In this document: positions 45,430-57,259 of the stretch, piece after piece
How the letters are laid out: each line of letters opens with the position of its first letter
How positions within the stretch are numbered: position 1 is the stretch's first letter
NCBI GenBank assembly: GCA_024704765.1
Contig: JAKMXF010000066.1
Coordinates: 860,050-924,049, forward strand
DNA: 64,000 nt
Origin: Oopsacas minuta
Lineage: Eukaryota > Animalia > Porifera
Direction of reading: 5' to 3'
Program-made: the position numbers and the translations under genes
Notes under the pieces: model-generated
The model's database searches: none
What the model was told of the DNA's origin: nothing
The model's input: only the letters and a program-made list of their open reading frames with translations

Positions 45430-48400
45430 ATGGCGAAGCATGCTTCGCATCATTTCCTGCGATCAGCTCTCTTCCAATGGGTGAGTTATATTACCAATCA
45501 TATTACATACTCCTGTTATTCTCTGTTTCTATAGATTGTGTCATTCTCTAAACAGACTAGTGTTGATTCTGTGGAGCAGTTGTCTGATGGATTATTATTG
45601 GGAGAAGTATCAATGATTATGTGAGTAATAACAGCTGATATATATATATATATATATATTAACACCTATTATTCATAGACATCCTGAGAGCTTTCCTCAC
45701 TCAGAAATGCATTCTAACTGTAAAGACACAAATTCTAAGCTACACAACCTATCTACTGTTATGAATCACTTAATTTCCTTCAGTCAGGTAAGTTATGATA
45801 CTATTTATAGATTATACCAGCTGTTATAATATGTTCTATACTTAGAACCATCTCAGATGTGTACTAACGTTAGAATTTCCAGACATATCTCTGATAGCTT
45901 CAGAACCCTCCAGCTGTAAGTAACTGTAGTATAGCTCTTAATAGATATATTAATTTCCTTATTTCTGTAGCTAAAGGAATGGATGAATTAGAGAAATTAA
46001 TTCTTATGATACTTGGAATTGGTGTAGAGGTAAAGTTGTTTTATTATTGTTATTATTGTCTTTTATAATGTATATATAGTGTGAAAACAGAGCTCCCCTA
46101 ATAGAAAACATGAAGAACTTATCCTTAGAGAACCAGGAAGGATTAGTTAATTTAATATCTGAAGTTACAAAGAATTGTATGCATCCTCTGGAATTTGATG
46201 ATTCTAAGGACGATTTGAATATTTCTAATTTATTCTCTGCTCTCAGTAAAATATCTGACGAGCGGATACAGTACTATCAGGTAATATATAGTGTGGTTAA
46301 TTAATGCATTCCACTACTCCTGTTTGGTTACCAGCTTCTACAAGATGGCAAACAGCTGGAGCCTTCATTTAAGAGATCACCGGATAGACCCGCTCATCTA
46401 GTGCTGAATAACTCTAACTTAAATTCTGACTACCCAGATACTCCTCCTACCCCTGGGACCCTCTCTGACATACAGTCTGAGAACTCATCTCTCAGACGTA
46501 GAATTAATCAAATACAAGCTACAGCGTGAGTTGTACATAGGTGTTATAATATTATTAATCATATTAATATTTACTGCTTAGAGATGAGAGGTTAGAATTG
46601 TTTGAAGATGTTCAAAAAGAATTACAGACATCTGAGAACTCATTAGCCAAACTAAACTTAGAAGTAAGTTTTGACGAATTGATTGTTTGGATATTTGTTT
46701 ACATATCTGTTGTTGTTTAGAAACGCGAATTGCTTAGAGAGGCTCAGAGTATTTCTACTCTTAAAACAGAACTTGACACTATGCGAGAGAAGGTATATAA
46801 TAATAGTCAGAGGTGTTACTATATTCACATCCCTGTGTTGCTAGGCAATTAAACTAGATAGAATAGAGAGTGAGAATTCTAGAATGAAAGAGAAATTAGA
46901 AGATTTGGATTATTACAAGAAACAAGTAACAGACCTTAAACAGCAGAAACTCTTGCAGGAAGATACAAGAATTAATCTAGAAGAGAGAGTAGCTTCTCTC
47001 ACAGCTAAGCTCAAATCCTTCCGTAATATTATGCATACCAGTTGTGTATATTGGTTAGCAGGGAGTTGATATGCTTAATCTTGTAGAGGAGATGGGATCA
47101 GACTATACTAGACTTAAGGGTCAGCTAGAAGGGTTAAGTCAAGAGAAGGAAATGGATATGACACAAATAAGAGAGCTGTTAGAAAAGAATACACAGCTGG
47201 AGATTGAATACCAGAACCTGTAAGTGGTAACTAAGGTAATCTCTATAATATATTACTATTGTCTGGCAGATTAAGTGAGAGACCTAATGAGCTAGAGAGT
47301 TCCCTGGGAGCTCATCAGTCCTTACATTCAGAGCTCACAGAGACGGAGGCTACCCTCAGAGCCCAGCTATCCCTGAAGGAGAGAGAACTAGGTGAAATCA
47401 GAGGAGCCAAAGAACAGCTGTCTCAAGCACAGTACACCAACAGAGAGCTGGAGAGGACTAATCTTAAACTGACTAATCAGCAGAATACAAGCAGGAAAGA
47501 GAATATGAGATTGAAAGAGGTTAGTTAATAATTCTATTTATAGAAGTGTGATATTATGTACATGTATATATAGGAGGTAGAGCTGCTTAAAGTAAAAGCT
47601 AGCAGGGTAGACAGACTAGAGATTGAGGTGTCAGATGGTAAGGCACGGGCCCAAGAAGCTGAGAGGTATCACCAAAAGGTCAAGGAGTACAGACAGAGGA
47701 CCGATCAGCTGTTAGAGAGTAAAGCTCTGTTAGAAGAGGAGCTAGCCTCTATGAAAAGTAAGATGGATCAGTTAAGTCAACAACAACAGGAAGTATACTC
47801 CCTTAGAGCTCAGCTTGACTCTCTTAACGAGGTTAGTAAGAATAATATACTATTTGTGGATATATCAACTAGTGTATGGTGTATTGATAGGAGAGACAGG
47901 TAGATCTTGATACCGTACAAGATTTAATGAAACAGAACGCTCAGCTAGAATTAGAGAGGCAATCGTATTTAGAACAAATACCTCCTAACTCTCCTAAGGA
48001 GAGACCTAGAACCCCTCTAACACCTATGGAGAGTCCCTTCTCTCCTTGCAGACCCACAGAGGCCGAGATGATCCTTCGAGCTAAGGTGCTCCGTCTGGAG
48101 AGAGAGGCCAGAGAGGGGGAGAAAGCTAGTGAGGGGTTACGTCACGCACAGGCTCAAATTGAGGAGAATGAAAAGTCTAAAAAACGAATGACTTCTCAGA
48201 GCCAAAATGCTAAGTTGGAAATAGCAAGACTGAAAGAGGTACACAGCTAAAACTTGTGTTGTTTGTTTGTTTACTTATTTATTGTCCTAGGAGGTAGAAA
48301 CATATAAACAAAGAACAGATAAGATGGAATCCCTGAGGAGTAAATTAAAGACTTGTGAACAGAAACTCTCAGAAATGGAAAGAATAAAAGCAACAAATCA

Positions 48401-51400
48401 GGAAATTAGAACTGAGAACACACAATTATTCGAAGCTAGAGCTATCCTACAGGTAATATCATCTGGTAGAGGTGTTAGAATATGAATATAGAGATTGGAA
48501 TGTTGTAGGAGGAAGTGAGTGCTCTAGCTATTAAGACTCAGAAGATATCATCTCTACAGAGTGAGAATGCTATGTATAAAGTTAAGCTAGATAGTCTGGA
48601 GCAAGAGAGGCAGGAAGAGCTACATAAAATGCATCAGCTGTTGGAAACTAACTTCAAGATTGATATGGATAGACACCAAATGTTTGTTTGTTTATTTATT
48701 TGTTGTTTATTTGTTATTTATTTCAATATTCTTAGTAAAGATCAGCTGGAATTACTAGAAGATAGCTTCACTCAGCTGGGACATAACTCTCCTATTCCTG
48801 GACAGGTGTCTAGCCCACGATCCCCTGTGCGTACTTTAGAGGAGAGGGAGGATATTAAGAAGGAGAGAGAGAAGAACCAAGCAGCTCTCCTAGAAATGCA
48901 GAATATTACTAAGAAGATGGCAACACAAGCTAACGAGGATAAATCTGTTATACAGAGGTTGAAAGAGGTTAGTTGTTTGTTTATTTGTTTATTTGTTGTA
49001 ATTATCGTATACTCAATAGGATGTAAAGAGAGAACAGATGAAGGTGTTAGAATCTCACTCAGAGCTAGCTGCTACCAGGAATGACTTGGAAGATTTTAAG
49101 CGAGATAAAGAGCTATTAATACAGCAAATAGAGAACACATCTTCTAGAATAACTCCATTAGACATGAGGTAGCTATCTAACAACCATTCTGACTGTATGG
49201 TATTTATTGAAATATACTTATAGATATGAGGAGACATACACTGACACTATCCGACACAAAGAAGAGAGGATCAGGGTGCTAGAGACGAGGCTAGAAGAGG
49301 CCCTCTTCCAAATGAATGCTCTTAAGGAGCAGAATATTTCTCTTAGAAAGGACTTTTCATCTTCTCAGCCTAACCTGAGACTGGCAGAAATGTCCTTCAC
49401 TTCTCTAGCCAATCAGAATACGGACAGGTCTCCCTTACGAGTACCTCAACGCACTCATTCAATATCATCTGCTACATATTACACAAGACTTAAACAGGAG
49501 AGGGATAGAGCTAACAGTGGTAGATACACCCCTAGTCCTGATCAGGAGTGCCCCCAGGATGTAAGGAGAGCTCCAGAAGGACATGACCCCACTATGTATC
49601 AAATCCCCGGTAAGAAACCAGAGGAGGTAGGACGGATGAAAGAACAAATCCGATCCTTGAAGGAGGATAATAAAGCTCTGGTATCTGATCTATTGAATGC
49701 TAACCAGCTGGTATCTGAGATTGAGACTGATCTATCAAGGAATAGAGACAGATCAGAGATGCTGGAGGCTCTGAATAGGACTCTAGACGAGGAGAATAAA
49801 ACTCTGTTAGCTCAGACTAACAGACTCCTTTTACAGGTAATAGCTTTATAGCTTTATCGAAGATTAATCATATTTTGACACCTCTTATATTATGTCTACT
49901 AGAACCAAGATCTTATGATGCGTACCCTGGAATCTAAGGATATAATGATAGAAGAAGAGAGAATATACAACGACAGGTTAGGAGAGCTGGAGGAAGACAA
50001 AAATAAATTAGTACAACAATTAGAAACTCATAAACGAGAAATATTATCTGAACAGATTAGAGCACTCAAAGAAAAGAGGTATGCTGGTTGCTAGGTTGTA
50101 GCAATTGGAATGTTTATATTATATTATTTAGGAAGGGTATAGTTAAGAGAGGAGCTCATGCTATCGGTAAACGTCTTAAGAATATAAAGAAGAGACAGGA
50201 CGAGGAAGATGATAGAGATAAGATATCTACAGACTCATATCTCCCCTCTAGGATAGGATCATATGCTACACAGAGTCCTGCTATACTATCTGAAGACTTC
50301 AGTGAGTTAGTAACTGATATCACACCCGAGAGCTTACAGTCTGAGGGGAGTGGGCAAACAGAGGGAGGCGGTATCAAGAAACAACTCTCTTTCCGTAAAA
50401 GGGTGTGTATATGTTACTTAGTTTGTTTGTTTTGTTTAAATATTTGTGTAATTTGTGTAGAGACGGTCCAGTGGTAAGAGCCACCCCGGAGGATCATCCT
50501 CTAGCCTGGGAGGACTTAACACAACAGCTGGAGGACACAATACTACAGTAGGAGGGGAAATGCTATCTCTGTCAGATTTCCTTCATGAACAACAAAAGAC
50601 TCCAAACAGTAGAAAATCAGATTCAGGGTCTGGGTCTCATAGATCCGATCAACTGACTCCTTCACAGCTTAATACAAACACAAATAACAACAAAATGGTA
50701 CCTGAGCTAGGATATATAAGATCGGAATCTGATCTGATATCTTCTCTTACTCATGAGGCAGACTGTAGAGCTAGTAATTCTACATCTATACTTACTGACA
50801 GATCTCCTCATCAGAGAGGTTAGAATATTGTCGTATAAGAACAGCTGATTAATCTATTAATTCTATTATAGATCCCCGTATGACGTCATCCCCTAACTCT
50901 ACTTATAAGAATAAAAGAAATGCACCTGTCTCAAAACCTCACATACGTCTAGTTATGACGTCACAGCTCAGGAATTCTAAGTACCCCTTCCCGTCAGAAC
51001 ACGCCCTGTCATGTTCCGATCTATTGGAGACTGTGTCACAGGACTCATCAAGGTAAATTCTATCTCTTCTATAATTAGATTTAGTATTATAATAGATTAT
51101 ACAGGTCACATAGTATAGTGTCAGAAACTGGGTCTAGTAATATGCAGGCTCAGAGTCCAGGACATCTAGCATTCTCTAAACGACGCTCCGTTGCTACGGT
51201 ACAGCATACCTCAACTCTTCCACCCCAGGGACCTTACATAACGAGAACATACTCTCTTGGAAACACAGGTATATACCCCAGTCCTCTCAGATATGCTCCT
51301 ACCCTCCCTGAGACAGATATAGATCAGTGCTCTGTCCTCAAATCTGTAGCAGACCTGGCTCCCAGCAATGAAAGCACTGGGTTCCTCTCTGAGATGGGTG

Positions 51401-51577
51401 TTACTCCTCCCTCACAAATTATACAACGGTCAGCTGAGTTAATTTAATTATACGTATAAGGTGTTATTTTTATATTTTATTTCTAGAATCTCATCTCTAA
51501 CACAACAAGCGGATACTCCAATCAGTAATAACTCAGAGAATGACTCATCCATATACTCTGAATTTGGATATATTTAA
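45430..51577 (+). CDS. CCDC88: CCDC88 (Girdin/Daple) family protein: HOOK domain, long coiled coil, GBA-like motif, C-terminal PDZ-binding motif
   Basis: HOOK-type N-terminus (VEQLSDGLLLGEV, ELEKLILMILGIGVE/CENR..LIENMKNLSLENQEGL), coiled-coil exons 46.6-50.1 kb, GEMLSLSDFLHE at 50554-50589, C-terminus IYSEFGYI*. Confidence 0.85.
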
Positions 51578-51708
51578 TTGTGTTTGTTTCCTGTGACATT
51601 AGAATTTTGTATGATTTCGACTAAGCCAGTTGTCTTTCACTAATTGGCGCACTTTTAACCGTTAATTTAATTATACATATTATTCAGTATACTAGCTTAA
51701 CCAATCAG

Positions 51709-52517
51709 ATGGCCGGATTAGAAAGGTCCAGATCTACCAGACCCGGTCTCTTAAACAGATTAGCAACTTTTCTGGGAATTAAGAAGAAGGAAGCTCAAAT
51801 ATTATTTGTAGGATTAGACAATTCAGGTTAATAGCTAATGACGTAATAGATAGGATAATATTGCAGCATTGGGAGTAGCAATACATATTTTTATAACCAG
51901 TATCTAATATTTATCTTTAGGGAAATCTACTCTAATCAACTTCTTAAAACCTGACAGTTACAAGCGTCAGGAAGTAGTCCCTACGATAGGATACTCAGTA
52001 GAACAATTCACAGCTGGGAGGATTAGCTTTACAGTATTTGATATGTCAGGACAAGGCAAGAGCAGACCTTTATGGGAGCATTACTATAGAGATGCTCATG
52101 CAGTAGTATTTGTATTGGATTCTACGGACAGACTTAGGATGGAAGTAGCTAGGGAAGAGCTTAATAATCTGCTACTACATGCTGATGTATCAACTCGTAA
52201 GGTAGTAACTATATAGGGTTAAAGGAATGTACAGTAGATACCTAATAGGTCAATTGGGCTTATCCCATTCCCATTAATTGGCAAGGATTGAGTATTACAT
52301 TCCATTTACTTATACTCGTTGCTAGGTACCTATTCTATTTCTTGCCAATAAGATGGACTGTAAAGACGCGTTAGGACCAATCCAGGTATCAGTAGATATG
52401 TGTCTACATGAAATTAATCTACACAGCTGGCATATATGTGCTACTAATGCTGTGACAGGAGAGGGCGTGGAGGAGGGCATATTATGGCTGACAGAGCAGA
52501 TTAAGCACAGATTATAA
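51709..52517 (+). CDS. ARL6: ADP-ribosylation factor-like protein 6 (BBS3), 3 exons
   Basis: GLLNRLATFLGIKKKEAQILFVGLDNSG/KSTLINFLKP, VPTIGYSVEQF, FTVFDMSGQG, FVLDSTDRLRM, PILFLANKMD, WHICATNAVTGEGVEEG. Confidence 0.95.
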
Positions 52518-52585
52518 AATCTTATTATTACTACTGTTTTAAATCTATTAAACTTATAACCGACAATATTCTTATTAATATTAGT

Positions 52586-53632
52586 ATGCTATCACCTCAC
52601 GATCTGTACATTCCTGAGGGACCAGCTGGCAACCAGGTTGCTCACATGTTATGGACACTAGGATTCAAGACAGTTGCCATGGTTACTCAGGTTAGCCTTC
52701 CTCCTGATGATCCGGAGCATTCGAAACATTCCAGACCTACGATACCGTTACCAGGTAATCCTATAATTTGGAACCATGGATTATCTCCCGGAATGACCCT
52801 CCCGCGGTCTGACAAGCCTCCTCGGGTGTTGTCTCGTCTTCACGTGACAGCTGAGGGTCTGAATCATCTGCACTGTCTGGGAAACCCAGCAGCTAAATCT
52901 TATGACGTCATCAGTGTAGAGCCTAGAACTGAGAAGGTAATCAACCAATGAATTGCTTATAATATTCTGAATCATTGGTATGCAGGTCTGGAATAGTTTA
53001 ACGCAATCTTCACACCTTTCTACAATGTATGACGTCATTTCCTGGGACCTTACACAAAGACTGCCATTTCACCTCAAGAGAAGTGCTGTTAAAGTTCTGG
53101 ATCAGAGAGGTGTTAAGATAGAGGTTGGTAGCCATGCTGGATAAATGGAATGTGTAATTATGTTACGTTATAGATACGATATTCTGGAGGTATGTGCGGA
53201 TCCTCTGGGTTAAGAAACTTCCTGTCATCATCAATGGAACTATCTAAAGTTGTTATAAATTCCAATCAGCTTATCCTGTCGTCAGGAGCACAGAGCCCGC
53301 TAGAATGCAGATCCCCAGCTGATTTATCAAATCTAGCAAAACTGATCGGAATACCCGCCCATAAGTGTAATAGATTGACCAATCAGAATGCAGCCTGTCT
53401 GCTAAGGAAATCAGCTGTAAGGACAGATTCTTATAAAGGTGTCATAAGTGGGACGGAAAAACAGATGATCGAGGAATCTGATGATACAATCAATAAGGCT
53501 GCTCTACAAAGACTTCTGATGCATGAGTCCGTAACTATGGAATCAGAGGAATGCTCAGAAGTGAGACCATCCAATAAGAGAATTTTAGAAGTCACAGAAA
53601 AATCAACCAAGAAACTGAAATCAGAAAATTAA
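52586..53632 (+). CDS. RPP30: Ribonuclease P protein subunit p30, 3 exons
   Basis: HDLYI, TLGFKTVA, VLSRLHVT, YDVISVEPRTEK, YDVISWDLTQRLPFHLKRS, GVKIE/IRYS, ILSSGAQSPLECRSPADLSNL. Confidence 0.88.
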
Positions 53633-53762
53633 ATAAAATTAGGAAATTACAAATATTATTAATTACAAGTTTTGAGTTACAATAATTAAACTTGTCAGCT
53701 GAAGAATTAGAGAAGTGTTTAATAGCTTACAAACACAATTTATATTAAAACATTCCGTTGCG

Positions 53763-53863
53763 TCACTTGGCTAATGGAGACACAGGGAGCTTCTTCTCTA
53801 ACGGACTTCCAGTCTACGAATATAACAGTTTATATAATAAATAATAATTATAATAATAATAAT

Positions 53864-53930
<67 letters not shown>

Positions 53931-55431
53931 CTCACAGAATTGGAATCCTTCGGAGGTGTTTTCATCATTTCATTAATCTTCTCTTCTACATAATCTTGCC
54001 TACAATCATATAACATAAATATTTATAACTGTTATCATACAATATCTCACCTGAGGGGTATCTCATATACAGGGTCCAGAGTTGTTACCAGCTCCTGCAT
54101 AACTACATGCAGCTGAGGCTCTGAGCTATTAGCTTTACACAGACGGATATACTCTATTAATAGTAACAATAATAGTTATAAGGAATGATTCTTCAATAAA
54201 TATCTACCTGATATCTTTTCCTGCATAAGAGGCTTAGCTTCCTCAACTAAATCAATATCCTAAACAGATAGTATTAATATAACGGATATATGTCATTACC
54301 ATATATGGTATTACCTTCTGAGCAGCATCTTGTGAGAACTTAGGAGCTGCGGGCAGTGTAACGAGTATAGCCGTCATATTATCTCTGCTATTCTATAATC
54401 AAATACTCAAACATATTTCTATAATTAAGTTGAATAATAATAAACCTTGTAGAGAGATTTCTCTAAGAGTCCTGCTGTAGTTCTCTCTAAAGATTCTGAT
54501 ACCATTAGTCGAGAACCAATCAAATCCACTACTTCATCATTCTCCATAACATCCCAGACACCGTCACAAGCCAGGAGGAGGAATTGGTCTTCTTGACACC
54601 TCTCCAGTATTTCCACATCCGGTTCAGGGCTCACCAGCTGACAGATAGGTTTCAGTTTGGGCTGAGCTTTGTAATCAAAGTCCCCCAAAGCTCTGGAGAC
54701 CGCTAGACTGCCGTTAACTCTCTGCATGAGTACAGCACCCCCCGCAGCCTCTATTCTCTTTTTCTCTATATCGCAGTAAGGTTTGTGGTCTGAACTCGCA
54801 AAGAACACCTAAATAGAAATAGAAAAGAGTTCTACTTATAGAAGTATAACATATCTACCTTCCCATCTCTAGCTACTAGTCCCCTGGAGTCTCCGCAGTT
54901 AGCAATGAATACATGCTTGTCTGATAGTAGAGCAGCAACAGCAGTAGTCCCGCTCCTGTCATGGATCGGCTTGCTGGTTAGTTCCTTGCGGAGTCTGACG
55001 TCCATCTCCAGGAACGCTTCTCTCAGACTGGTGCTCACATAATTGGGATTATACTCCCCATCAAAGACCTCCAGCCTTGGTAATATACATTCTATCAGCT
55101 GATCGCAGGACGCCTCACTAGCTCGCATCCCTGCGTGTCCGTCAAACACCGCGTAGAAGCTCCAGCCCTTCAGTTTAGGGTCAAGAGCCCCGAGGTCCGG
55201 GATAGCTCGTGCTGAATCCTCCATTTCTGTCCGCCATCCCTGCATACTAACGCTACAGTAGGCAGAGTCACATGGTCCTGATCCTGATTTGAATTCTTTG
55301 TTTATAGCTGGTTTATCTAGAAATACTCCCATCCTTAGTCTTCTAGGTCTAGGTTTTCGTCCGGATTTGATAACAAAGATAAGAGCGATTAGAGTTAAGA
55401 GTCCGAACAGGAGCGAGAGCTCTAGCAACAT
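53763..55431 (-). CDS. Protein phosphatase PPM1A/B-like (PP2C) with an in-frame upstream transmembrane extension
   Basis: MGVFLDKP at 55332, SMQGWRTEMED, YAVFDGHAG, SGTTAV, NCGDSR, NGSLAVSRALGDFDYK, LACDGVWD, SRDNMTAILV; stop at 53763 after a last intron holding an (AAT)n tract. Confidence 0.93.
53834..53927. repeat. (AAT)n microsatellite in the last PPM1 intron
   Basis: About 30 near-perfect AAT units. Confidence 0.97.
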
Positions 55432-55614
55432 TTATCAGCTAGCATCTAATAATGGAAATAATACAAACAAATTCTTCTTAAAATTCTATAAGAATTAATA
55501 ATTGAAAATAATTTTCTTAGTCAATTGTAAAATAGTTGAATTAAGAACAGCTGATCAGGTCAAATACCTAATGCAGTATAAATAGAGCACTACCTGCTGC
55601 TGGTGTTATTCTAT

Positions 55615-57048
55615 ATGAGTCTAGCTCAGCATAATATTCTAGGACAACTAGAGTAAGTAATTGGAATTATTAGATTGTTAGAAATCTGCTTACTTATCAT
55701 ATTTATTCTAAATAGGCCGGTGTTATCTCCAGAGAGTTTACTACAACAGCATCTGGAGGCCTGGGGAGGACTAATTCAGCTCTGGGACTCTGATCCAACT
55801 AATAGTGATTTTGTTCTATCAATCGTGGACAGAGGTAATACCTTGTGGTATAAACTAGCACTCCACGGTGATAACTCCTGTATTATTAACGGAGTGTATT
55901 ATTCTGAATTGGACCATGGACTAACTGCTGTAGCTACAAGACACGGGATTACACGAGTAGAGCCCAACAGGCTCCAGGTAAGCTCAATAATCTAATAGTA
56001 AACAAATTGTTGATATATATAATATAGCAAACAGTAAATAGCCCGGATAAGAAGCGGAAGAAGTCCTCTATGAGGATCTGGAGAAGATTCAGTATAGGAA
56101 CAGTTCTGAAGACAGATAACAATGATAAGAAGAGTCCTGAGAATTCTTCTAAACAGATACGGCGAGCTAATTCTCTAAGATTATTCCATCCAAAAGTCAC
56201 AAGGAAATTCTCTCTTAAAAATGCCCATCATGACACAGCATTCCGTCCTGCCGAAATACCAGAGAGTCATTCTCACTCACAGATAAATCTATCTATACCC
56301 GTCCGTAACTTCGTTATGCCCCCTGAAGTAGAGGGTCCATTTAGTCACGCAACGCTACCAAGAGTCTCCAGGGGTAAGGGATCCCTCCCCCCTTCAGTAT
56401 CCACTGGACAGCTCCCTAAACACACAGATCTAGACTCTGTATTAGCCCATCAGATTACACACAGTGACAAGAGAGTTAGACACAGAAATAAAGTTAAAGA
56501 AACTGAATTATTAGAATTAGAAAATACATTTCATAGAAAACTAACAAGAAGTAACTCAGTAGACAGAGAAATACAGCAGCAGCACTCTCCTACTCGGAGG
56601 TTCGGGTCATGCCCAAAACTCAGCAAATACGCTAGGAGTACAGGAAGGTAAGTTAACAAATAAATAATTAAATTAACGAATAAATAATCTCATCATAGAG
56701 TTGATAATAAATCCCCGGATTTACTCGTGCATACCTCTCCACAATCCGGTGTCAATTGGACAATATCTCTCCCTACAGACCAGAGACCCTCCCGTACTCA
56801 GGACCTGTCCTGTCCTGGTGACAAGCCCCAACCAATCCTCTTGGACAGCCGATCAGCTGTCCGTTACTCAGTATTTCCTATTGAGTCAGCAACCATAAAA
56901 TCAGGTAATAAGATGACGTCACTCAATTAACACGCTATTTTACTGCCTGTTTGTAGGATCAGTGCTGAGCAGTCGAGTAGGAAGAATGCCAGGAGAGGAA
57001 GCAGAAGCTCCCAGACAGATACAGACCTCAGTTAGTATTCATGTGTAA
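55615..57048 (+). CDS. Uncharacterised protein with a divergent SH2-like N-terminal domain and a Ser/Pro/basic low-complexity tail
   Basis: Exons at about 55615-55652, 55716-55977, 56028-56647, 56700-56904 and 56958-57048 join in compatible phases. GLIQLWDS..SDFVLSIV..LWYKL..CIINGVYYSEL resembles SH2 strands B-E. Confidence 0.6.
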
Positions 57049-57259
57049 TTATTGTGACGTCATTATTATAACTGCTGTAATATAACCTGACTACGGGGCG
57101 GTACCAATGGAATTGATAGACTAATTATAATTATCACAGAGAATAATATATAACAATATAGCAGATACATTAGGATACAACTAATCTACTTACACTCAAA
57201 TTTATCAAAATCTATTATTACATCTAATAAACAAACTATGATCCGTTCTATATACGATC

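Noticed and set aside
53774-54016. Poly-Asn and poly-Ile ORFs
   Set aside because: They are translations of the intronic (AAT)n microsatellite. Only the flanking PPM1 exon parts are coding.
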